Positions 1 to 11,600 of a stretch of DNA of 64,000 bases are shown here, one piece after another. Each line of letters starts with the position of its first letter. Position 1 is the first letter of the stretch. The stretch covers positions 186,001 through 250,000 of the forward strand of contig NW_025767734.1 in assembly GCF_003918875.1 (NCBI RefSeq), given 5' to 3'. The position numbers and the translations under genes were made by a program. The notes beneath the pieces were generated by a model. The model had not been told where the DNA came from. It saw only the letters and a list, made by a program, of their open reading frames with translations, and searched no databases. Source of the stretch: Haliotis rubra. Lineage: Eukaryota.

Positions 1-1009
1 TTTACATTCCCACAATGCAATTGTGGAATGTCGCTTGGCTACTCAGCTTCATCTGGATGTACTGATCTAAACTTACGTTGGTAGTAGAAATGCGACGTTC
101 ATATTGCCCCATATGGTTTACGTTAATGACAGATGTAATTAAAATAATTCAGAGAAGATATTTAATCCGAACGTAAACCATCATCAAACTGTTATCATTT
201 TTTTTTCTGGTAACGTTCGTCTTAACGTAGGAGGGCAGACACATCAAGCGATCTATAGTTTACCATAGGCATGCGAATGCCGTAGCGCTACGAACGCTTG
301 TATTGGAACACAAGGTTCCAGACGTTTGCATATATATTTCAAAGACATGATCCCAGCTCTGTGTTGGACTTACTTCAATTCCGACAACAGAAAAGACATT
401 TTAATGAGAAACTATAGCACAGCTATAGATAAAATATGATGAATCCATGAAAATACATGTAATATTAATAGTAGAAGCATGTTTTCAGTGGATAGAATAT
501 TTACAAATATTACACACAGGAGTTACGCTTAGACGGCTACAGTCTTAATAAATCTTTGAATTCCCACAAGACCTATCGCTCACTTTTCACTCCTTAAATT
601 GTCATGACTGTATGGCCAAGTCATTAAGATGCTATCAATATCATTTATTAATTATTTGCCAAGTCTGTCAAAAATTGTAATGTATGAACACACATTGCCA
701 AATCTTTTAACATCAAACAATATAGATGTTGTGACAATAATACCATTAGCTTTTATCTGAAATATGCATTCAATGCCAATAGAAACTTAATACATGTATG
801 TTACTAGCACCACGTGCAAGTAATCAAACTGTAATTGTACTATAGGCCCCAGGGTCAACACTGCTGAATTTAATCGATCTATTACTCGACCTTACTGTTG
901 ACAGGAATCTCATGAATAAAACGGTGCAATATCGTCATTATCTGAACGCCTTCACAGACGCATATTCCGGAAAGATGTCTTGAAAAACATGAAGCTGCGT
1001 CTAATTTAT

Positions 1010-1316
1010 AGATGAACATAATTTCCTCGATACTCATTAATCAGATGAACCTTCATTTAGTTCAATTCACAAGTGACTGCAGAAAATGCATAATTCTTTT
1101 TAATGACTTCAAGGTCGGAAAACATGTATCATATTTCATAAGTGTATTATAGAACGCTGTAGTAGATGAACATAATTTCCTCGATACTCATTGATCAGAT
1201 GAACCTCCATTTAGTTCAATTCACAAGTGACTATAGAAAATGCATAGATAGTTCTTTTCAATTTCTTCAAGGACGGAAAACATGTATTATATTTCATAAG
1301 TGTATTATAGAACGAT
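1010..1316. repeat. Two-copy direct tandem duplication (~154 bp)
   Basis: AGATGAACATAATTTCCTCGATACTCATT...AAGTGTATTATAGAACG occurs at ~1010 and ~1164. Confidence 0.85.
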
Positions 1317-1861
1317 GCAACGATGCGGCAGAGAAATACTATTGTGCCATTGTATTCCTTATATAAAATACATCAGTGTATAACATTAGCATTCAGATAT
1401 TGTTATAAAATAAGTTTAAAATTCCAAACATTATCGTGTAAAATGACAAGAGATAGTGTTGTGTTCGCTGTGACAAAAAGGGTTTCGATATTCAAATATA
1501 AAATTTAATCAAAGTGACTGACCTCATGAAAGCAGTGTTAGCCATGAACGTCATTTGCGAGTTAACCACACTGTTAGAAAGTTAGCGGCGGTCCTTAGGC
1601 GTTTTAACTTTACGTCACGTTAACAACCTGTTTAAAGTTAACAGAGTTTTGAACAACAAGATAACGTTCCCCTCTGTTATTAGTTAACGGTCGGTTAAAT
1701 GTACTTAACGGCTGGTTAAAAGATAACCGAGTTTTGAACAACCGGGCCCAGCGCGCCAGTTAGCCCTGTGCGAGGATTCTTAACTTAACTCACCGACACC
1801 GTCGTTTGTTTTCTGCCTTAAATTAATCGTAATTATCCTTAGAAAGTATTAAATTTAGCAT

Positions 1862-2375
1862 TTTAGAAAAGATGTAAAGTTCGCACTACCCCAATGTGTT
1901 TTGTAATAAAGTATAGTTTTGCCCTGAACTATTATAACTAAAGCACGAGGACGGTAGTCATTATCAGACAATAAAGGTATAGTTTTTGATGACGTAACAA
2001 TTGAATGACGTTATCCCGTCACTGCGCCAGTTTTTTTTAAACTATACTTTATTACACTATACATGGTGGTAGAGCGAACTGTATTTCTTAATTAAAGTGC
2101 AAGTGAGCAAAAAAAAACAGAAACGTATGACGTCTGAAAAATCTATGATCCGACAGTATAGGTTCCTTGTTAAAGAAAAAAAAAGGCTGAACAAATAATG
2201 ATACTAAGATGCCTAACGGTTAGAACAATTGGAAAAAAAATACATTATCAGACAATAAAGGTATAGTTTTTTGATGACGTAACAATTGAATGACGTTATC
2301 CCGTGAATGCGCCAGGTTTTTAAAAGTATACTTTATTACAACACACATTGGGGTAGAGCGAACTTTATTTCCTAA
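1862..2375. mobile_element. MITE-like element with ~55-bp inverted ends and an internal ~130-bp duplication, upstream of arrestin gene 1
   Basis: AAAGTTCGCACTACCCCAATGTGTTTTGTAATAAAGTATA (~1877) is inverted at ~2325-2366. The segment 1960-2090 repeats directly at 2244-2370. Confidence 0.65.
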
Positions 2376-2692
2376 ATAATTATATATTTATATAAACTGT
2401 TATATATTTAGTTATTTGTAGTGTTTATCTGTGTGGCCGAGATCACATACTTCTATCAGTACATAGTAACTTCATCTACCTCTGCTTATGACTTTCATCG
2501 TAAACAAATGCCCTATGGGAAATGTGCTAACAAAAAGGTGTACTTGATGGGGGTGTTGCGTTGGATTCGATCCAGTTTCAGGTACACGTCTTCTATTTCG
2601 AGATATCACCCTGTGACAGGAGGAGTTACGTCCCCTAGCGGATTACAAACATTTTCGTAGGTTTCAAGAACTGCTGCCGCAGGTTTACAACC

Positions 2693-5600
2693 ATGGGGAA
2701 ACTGAACATGTTTGTAGTGTCCTTTAGCAACCTGCAAGGTGTATACTACGCAGGCCAGATCGTACAGGGCCATGTCACGGTGGAACTGACGGACACTATG
2801 AAAATGAGAGGTATTATCTTACGTATGCGAGTTTTGTAGACGTGACGCGGGAATCTGACATTTACCGTCTGGCATGTCAAACATTATTATGCATAACTCT
2901 AGAAAGTCAATACCCGTTGTTCATATATACAGTACTTTTCTGAAATCTGGAAAATCTTACTAGAAAGTCTGTAGTTTTCACTCCAATGGAGATGGTCATA
3001 ATGCGAATGCGATGCTGGCAGATATTTATTTGCAGTTGCACAACATTCGATGATTCGAAACATTTGTTGTCAGCAAGGCGTGGCACTGTGTGTACACCAA
3101 AAGTGCCGCTTCGTGATGCCATACGATACTTGATTTACAAGTTAGCATGATAATTACCGCGATCCACGAATCAAGGTTATCCACGAATTTAGGTTAAGTT
3201 ATGTTGTAATATGTTGTTGTGCAATACTGCTGATGGTTACACAACTGTCAGAGGATTCAACCTGCACTGAAAAAGGCTCCATACGAAAACTGTTTGTTGC
3301 AACGGATTCTGATTGGGTGTTCTGTAACCAGATGCCAAGAAAGATGCAAAGAAAAAATCTTATTTGTTTCACATGTATTGATGAATATGATTAACAAATG
3401 CTAAACACAACCCAAATACTAACAATTCTTTATGTTAAAACAAATGGTTGGTATTCCCAATTAGATCTCTATTTGCCTCTCTGAAAGCTGAATACAGTCA
3501 GGCCACATTAATCCGAACAGTGCCGTTTTTCATAAAAAATGTTCAGACAGTGAAACGTTCGGTTTGCTGAAAAAAGGCCAGTACACCACACTGCAGTAGA
3601 GTTACTTCCCGTTCACTTGATTGATAGAGACAAAAGAATGTATACATGTATCAACTGACTTAATTCACAAAACAACTTGGATGTGTAAATACTAAAACAT
3701 TAAAATTCATTGCACATAATAAATTCATACTGATGTAAAAAAAATGATTAAGAATAATTTTTTTGAAAGTTCCTTGAAATTGGCTCGCTGATTTCCTCAT
3801 CCTCTCTACCACGAATCACTGCAATTTTTCCTTATCCTGACTCATGCTTATTTGCTTGTCTTCTTCTTCTTTGCGAACACAGTGGAACACTTGTATCTCC
3901 CAATTGAAGTTCCCTTCAATGTAAAATCACTAATTAGTACTCACCACGAGTTATCTTTCCCCTCGCAAAGCGCGTGAACGAGGGGGCCACCTCCCACCAT
4001 GTGCCTCACTCTCTCCTTCTTCGCCCAGTGAGCAGGACGTGAGAGCGCCTTTGTCTCCCTACACACTATATCCTTTAATTATATTTAGTTTGTTACATCT
4101 TATATTCATCTATACAGGTGTAACTAGTATCCTTATTCAACATGCATTGATATTTATTCGTGTTTCTGCTGCTTTATTCACGGTTGGCCGTGTTTGCTCA
4201 GCAGTTTGCCTTAATGAAAATCTGCAGTATGTAAATTACCTTACTCTGCTGCCGATCCGCATTTAGTATGCCCTAGTTGTACAACTCCATGCTCTATTGT
4301 TTCACGCTGCAAATTATGTATTAATTTGTCTAATTCTGCCTTTGATAAATATTTATATTCCGTCTTGAGACGGGCAGCAGATAGATCTCGGAAACAATCT
4401 TCAGTCATCGCTAATAGATCAGAGTCAGATATACCCTGTCAACTGTTTGCGGACGACCCTCTATCGCTGGTGTTCCGCCTGAGTTACCTTCGCTGGAGGC
4501 GTGGGGCGCGAGTCCGCTATATCAAGAAGCGACCTGCATCCCAGGACATTCCATCATCACAGTCTAAGACTAGAAGAGCTTCCACCTCGTCACAGCGTCG
4601 CTCCGAACCCCCAGGGCTACAGCTTACGTCGAGGGAAATCCACGAAGGCTACTAAAACTTTTCTTCTGACATTCTACCTGTTTCAGAATTGTGTTTATAT
4701 GATGATGACATTCCGATTATCATTCCAGATGTGCGGCAAGAAGGCGACCAGTATCGGCTACCGTCACTTCAGCGCAGATCAACATGCAACCAGAGATGCC
4801 TACGCTGACGCCTGAGATTATAACTGAGGGTCCCGTCACTATCAGAGAGAGAGGACACCCTCAGCGCCAGCGCAGACCGGTCCCAGGCGACCTGGTCAAC
4901 CAAATCATGTTGTTGATGGAAGACCGATACGGTTTACAGAGGCCTCAGAGCAGCGGGCCCCAGAGCCCAACCCATAATAAGTCATGTAGGGCCCCAGAGC
5001 CCGCTATGACTTCGCGTGAGGACCCCAGAGCCCACAAACGCACCTCCACGAAGATGGGCAACCCAGCCCGTGATCGAAGCCTTCGCGAGGGCGTCCCAAG
5101 CAGCCTCCGCACGAAGGATCCAGATCCTCACCAGTTCTTGAAGGGCTTGCGCGGAGGAGGAAGTGCTTCACCGAGCTCAGACCCTGTAGAACACAGAGGT
5201 CATTCGCGGAGCAGGCTCCCATATAATGATTCCGGACTCTGACTCGATACCTTCCGAAGGCCATCCACGAAGGTTAAATGGCTCCAAGTCATCTTCACCC
5301 AGAAGATCTAGAAGGGATTCATCGAGAGCTTCACGAAGCCACCAGCGTTCGCCGAGGAAGTCTCCTCCAAGGTCTCCCTATACTAGCCACTTTCGTCAGT
5401 CCGTTCACCACAATCTTCCTCGTCGATCTTCCTACAGATCTAGGACTCCACCTCACTCTATTATATGTGATCCTACGTCAGAAGAGGAAGAAGGTATCGT
5501 ATTCTCAGATGCAGAAATTAGATACTGGATGGTGAATGGATTGGAACTTGCTTCCCCGTCTAAGAACGAGAACTCAGCTCATACTTATTTGATGAAGGAA

Positions 5601-8600
5601 GATGATGCGGACACTATCTCCTTACCTCCTATTGACCCGATAGCAGTGGTTCCAGCTAAGCTGGATACAGCCTTTACCAAATCTACGAAATTCCAATCAA
5701 CACATTTCCCGGTTTTCAAGGCCAAGAAATTTGCAGGTCACAATATGGACTCCTTTTTCAAGGCTCAAGAGATTGATGACAACTTTCAGTTAATCAGTGA
5801 TGCCAAGTCCAGGAATTACAGAATAGACGATCGCAAACTAGCCCAGTTGGATACCATTTCTAGGAGAATGCAGTGTTTCCGGTGAGTTTCGAATTTACCA
5901 GTCCATGGGACTGGTAAGCCTCAAATATACCAGTCCCTTATTATTTTCACCAGTCCACTTCTTTTCCATGTTAAATAAAGATAACAACAAGAATGTGTGT
6001 GTGTGTTTGTGTTTCATTTTTAATAACAACAAACGTATCAAACTCATTCGAACATGAAATGTGAAATGACGTCACATGTTACTAGTAAACCGCAAGTTTG
6101 TTTGGCAGTACTTGTACAGTTATGAACTGTTAATTACACTTTTCTTTTCTTGGTTTTACGGAATAGTTCGGATGCTCTGAACATCAACAATATCACTGTA
6201 CCCTTGCCAAGAGTATTTTCACAGTTGTAAGAAGCGATTTTATTGGATAAAGATTGGTTTCTAATGACGCTTTTTCGCCACAGTCTGCTATAAGGGTCGT
6301 CATTGGTCAAAATCAGACACGTGACCTAAGGCAGCCAATCATATTACAGCAATGGATACCGTCCTCGTAAACGAAAACTTTTAGATTTTGACAAAAGTTT
6401 TGGGTAAAATAATGCTATTCTGAACATATTAAGCAAGAAATCGCTACCTATACGTAAATTATGGAACTTATTGGACGTATCGCGCTTGGTTATGACCTGT
6501 GACAAAAATGCTTCATGTATGTATTTTTGCATTAAACATCGTGTCCGGTGAAGATTGGCGGCGAGCGAGATGTCACTTGTCAGTGACTTGACTTGCATTA
6601 CATGATGCGCGCAAAAAGATGGAAATAGTAATTTTATATGTACGTTTGACAACTTTAATGAATGCTGTTGTTGATTTTATTCATTAGTTTATTCAATTTA
6701 TTTAATAATTTCCTCGAAACATCGTTACTTTGCTCTTTGACAATGTTATTGTAGACCCGCTGCCGAAGCATGTGTCCGAGAATCGTTGTTTTCAAGAACA
6801 TTGCGAAAAATAGTTTATAATTTTAATTCTGCTGATAATATATGATAAATTGAAATTTAATAAGTGTTTTCAGACATTGTGAAATGTGATAGATTTGATA
6901 TATGAATCAAAAGTCAGGTAGGTTCCTAAAATTATGTCTCATTTTGGCGTGACTACTGCCTGGCGATTTATCGGCCTCCGGTGTCTGGGGACTCATAACG
7001 TTGTGGCGATTATTCGCCCTGCGGTGTTGAATGGGTTAATATGTCCATTCCCCATCGTAAAGTTGTCTTACTATTGGCCCGATAGAGTATTGAAATCTGA
7101 TGCATTATAACCTCACGCCAAAATGCCTCTCATCTGGATCGAGGCTAAAAGCGAGGCGATCAGCCAATGACAATAATCGCTTGGGACTGTTACTAAAAAG
7201 ACCGCGAATTCCTTACGCGTACGCTGTATGGTGCAGATCAATTTACATGGAAGTTTCCTTTATCTAACAGTTGCTGGTAATTTGTATTGCCAATTTGGAG
7301 GAAATGATTTAACCGGGTGTATTTATTGCCGGTCCCCAGGACTTGTTTGCCATAAATATGCCGGTCCTTTGATTTTTTTACCGGTAAAATACCGGCATAT
7401 GCCGGTAGACGGAAACACTGGAATGTTTTTTGGATTGAATAGATCTAGAACTGTCAATGAAACTCTCATCACCAAGTTCAAAGATTCTACAGAGGAGGAA
7501 GATAGAATGATCTACTCGGCTCTACTCATGCAGAAAAGAGACCATCAGTTCCTTACAGATCACTTGTCAGCGCTTACTGAAGCTACTACCATGGCTCGTC
7601 GTCAGGGTCTACTAGCCTCCTGCAATTGGGATAATCAATTTACGGAATCACTCTACGCTGCCCCATGGTCATCGCCCTTACTCTTTGGTGGTAACATAGA
7701 CAAGGTCTCCAAAGAGGTGTCTAAGGACTCTAGAGAGGTGCTTATGATCAAGTCCATGGATACGTTAGCGAATGTCATTAAGCAATCATCCTCAACTAGG
7801 ATGGTTAGTAAATCTACTCAAGTCGGACCTAGAACCAACGCAAGATCTGCAATTTCTAGGTATACGATTTCTAACAGGCCAGAATCGTATAGTAGTCCCG
7901 GAGGACAGATGGATCAAGATCCAACAGTTAATCCCACAAGCCTTACTCTCTCCGCTACCACTACGACAGTGGCAGATTCTATTGGGACTACTCACATCAG
8001 CTCAAGACTTGACAGTCAGAGGCAGGCTTCAATTACGTCCGTTACAAGTCCTCATCAATGCGCATCTCGAGGACCCTCTACCGTTCAGTCTACCAGATCA
8101 CGTCAAACCTCATCTACTCTGGTGGACCAAGAGATTGAATGTTTGCGTAGGCATCTCCTTAATAGAGCCGGAATCGGAAACACATCTCTACGTAGACGCG
8201 TCACTACAAGGTTGGGGAGCCCACCTCGCCTACAAGACAGCGTCAGGCCTATGGAGCAATCAAGAGAGCAAATGTCACATAAATCTGCTAGAGATGCAAG
8301 CAGTCATAAATGCCATAAGTCTCTGGAGCAACCTACTACAGAACGCTCAGTTGATGATTCACACAGACAATTCGACAGTGGCGTTTTATGTGAACAAACA
8401 AGGCTCAACAAGGTCACCGAACCTACTGTCTCTATGTTTCCGATTATTCGATCTAATCGACAATCTAAACATACATGTCAGAGCTTGCCACATTCCAGGA
8501 GCAAAGAATGTATTAGCAGACGCTCTCTCTCGGCCACACCTACCGTCGCCGACAGAATGGATGCTCCACACAGAGATATTCACTCAAATAATCATGGAAA

Positions 8601-11600
8601 TAGGATCTCCACTAGTAGACCTATTCGACACTCGATTCAACGAACAACTGACAACATTAAGGTATCACCAGTTCCAGACCCACTAGCATGGGCAGCGGGC
8701 GCACTAAGCATATCGTGGGAGGGACTCAGCGTCACGCTTTCGCCACCAGCGTTAATCCCACAAGTCTTACGGAAAATCAGTCAAACGCAGAGCCTCCATC
8801 TGATTTTGGTGGCCCTACTGGCCAGCGAGCGTGGTTTCAAATCTTATTCAAGAAATCGGACAACCAATTCTACAACTTCCAGAGCGCTCGAATCTATTGA
8901 TACATCCGCACACCAAACAAGTGCACGGAAACCAGAAGTATTCCAACTTCGCGTATGGATTGTATCAAGGCATGTCTGAATAGAGAGGTTATTCAGCCAG
9001 GCGGCAAAAGCAGTCGCAGCTTGCCCTGCGTAACTCAGCTTCATAACTTATCACGATGACAAATGGCACAGTTTTGTCAATTATGCTGCAAAGAAAGGAT
9101 TTACAGCCAGATATGCTACTCATCCTCAAGTGGCGGACTACTTATGTTATCTCACGACAAACTAAGAATCTAAAAGGCTCAACTTTGTCCACTTATCTTG
9201 CAGCATTAAGCTCTGTCATAACTATGAGAGCGGTCAAGTTAACAAAGACCCCAGAGTTACTCGCTTTGCTACGAGCATTCCGATTGGAGGATCACAAACG
9301 GAAGTTTCACGCTCCAGCTTGGGATCTAAATATAGTGCTCCAACACCTCACAAGTGAGGCTTATGAACCGTTAGAATCTACATCGTTTAAATCACTGACC
9401 CAGAAAACTTTGTCATTGTTATCGCTAGCTACAGCTGCCAGGATGTCAGAGATTCACGCTTTGGATTACGAGAGAACACGCTTTGATGATATTCATAACA
9501 TCGTTTATCTGGGACTACGCTGGGATTTTATAGCTAAGAACCAATTGCCAGGTCAACCAGACAGATTATTCCACGTCCCAGCTCTCTCATCCATACTTGG
9601 ACCTCATGATACGATGGATCTATCACTATGCCCAGTAAGAGCACTGAAAATATATCTCCACCGATCCAAACAGAGGAGAGCAAAATTCAAGAGATTATTT
9701 ATCCCTCTATCTACAGCTTCAGGACGGAAGTCTCACGTACTACTATCTCAATTTGGATCAGAACTGTCATACTACGTGCCTACAAGGCTGCAGGACTCGA
9801 CCCTCCAAGAGCATCTAATCCTCATGAAATTAGAGCGCTAGCATCAACACTTACTCTACACGGCAACTGCTCTTTGAATACCATAATGGAGGGTTGTTTC
9901 TGGAGATTCGATATGGTGTTTGCAAACCACTATCTGAGAGATATCACCACCAAGGACGTCTCAGGTATCCACCATTTAGGTCCCATGGTCCTCAAGCTCA
10001 ACAGTTGACAGTTCCTGGAGAAAGATAAGTCAATCTTACAGATTTTATACTTATCTGATATCAGTACTAAATAGCTACATGCTATATATATATTTTGCTT
10101 AAGTTCAATCTATTATCTTAAGCTCAGTACTATGGTTATTATATCATACAATATATTAGGTAACAACTCGAAGGAGTTTTGCTATTATATTTAGCTTAAG
10201 TTTCATCATATCTTAAGCTCAGTAATATGGTCAGATTTTATAAATGTATTAGCTAACAAACTTTACGGAGTTTTTGCTATTATATAGCTTAAGTTAAATT
10301 ATATCTTAAGCACAGTACTAGACTCATATAGCTTAAGTTTATGAATATCTTAAGCTTAGTACTTTGGTTACTTCATAAAAGTATATTATTGGTAACTATA
10401 AACTCAAAGGAGTTTATGCTATCACATTAACAACTTAAGTCTACTAGTCTTAAGCTTTGTATTAATGTTGTATATACTTTATCATAATAAGTATATTGTA
10501 ATAGTTATATTGTAATAACCCATATATGGCAGCTGATAAGTTAGCAGCAGGAAATCATCAGCTCAGTGCCTTTATGAAGTTCCCATAGGGTTATTACAGT
10601 CATTACAATTCAAATCACTAATTATCCAAATCCAAAGTATTATATATTCCCACCTCCATAGCCGTCGGATTCTACAAGCAAATAAACATGAGTCAGGATA
10701 AGGAAAAATATGTAATTTTCTGAGTAAAATTGATATTTTATACTTATCCTGACTCATGAGATAAGCCCTCCCGTCCTCCCCACATAACACTTTGGATTTC
10801 CCTGTAAATTCAAGTGTTGGGCTTCGCTATAAAAGGAGAGAGTGAGGCACATGGTGGTGGGAGGTGGCCCTCGTTCCCGCGCTTGCGAGGGGAAAGATAA
10901 CTGGTGGTGAGTACTAATTAGTGATTTTACATTGAAGGGAACTTCAATTGGGAGATACAAGTGTTCCACTGTGTTCGCAAAGAAGAAGAAGACAAGCAAA
11001 TATGCATGAGTCAGGATAAGTATAAAATATCAATTTTACTCAGAAAATTACATGTTTTGTCAGCACTTGCAATGTATTAATTGCCATTGAAGTTTACCAA
11101 TAATGAGCCCCGCTAATTGCCAGGGAATACAGCTGGATTAATGAAGCAAAAACAAGTACACTCAGCTAATCCTAGACTAATGCTAAGTCTCTGAATATGT
11201 ATAATTTTGATAGTAACAAACAAGCCCATTTAAATTGAAAAGGAGCCCTAGGGAGACCAGACCTGAACCGGAGGAAATCTAGACTTGCTTTATTTAGGGC
11301 TCTAGCATTGCAGAGAGAGCTTGGCATTAGGGAAAATAATGTGGTTAGGGACTGTGAGACAGACTAAGCTAATCCATTAGTGATAATTGATGTTCGGAGT
11401 CTAAAGTCCGGCAGTGAGATAAAGTCAGGTCAAATAGGTACAGTCAACCTTTGAGAAACTGCCTGAACCCGCATCTACTTAAAGGTCACATGCAACGTAA
11501 AACACAACTTTGCAGATTCTGATACCTTTCGGTATGGACTTACCGAAACAAATCATCAAAAATGCACATTCAACTTATAAAGTTGAAAAATAACGCGAAA

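Larger units (their letters stand above)
3824..11058 (+). mobile_element. DIRS1-type tyrosine-recombinase retrotransposon (decayed, internally deleted) in intron 1 of arrestin gene 1
   Basis: Left ITR ~3825-4018 is inverted at ~10833-11020. Right extension ~11021-11053. Internal complementary region ~10688-10758 matches both termini. Remnants of gag, RT end/RNase H, adenine methyltransferase and tyrosine recombinase lie inside. No TSD. Confidence 0.95.

Noticed and set aside
1560-1750. Harbinger-like terminal repeat (TTTGAACAACCGGGCC)
   Set aside because: I found no partner TIR in the window, so boundaries cannot be supported.
6950-7039. piggyBac-like end (..GGG TTAA) inside the nested transposon
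   Set aside because: Only one end is visible, with no matching TTAA-CCC left end.
7228-8979. 583-aa ORF as a novel host gene
   Set aside because: It is a chimera of the nested transposon end, DIRS gag, an overlapping frame and frameshifted methyltransferase.
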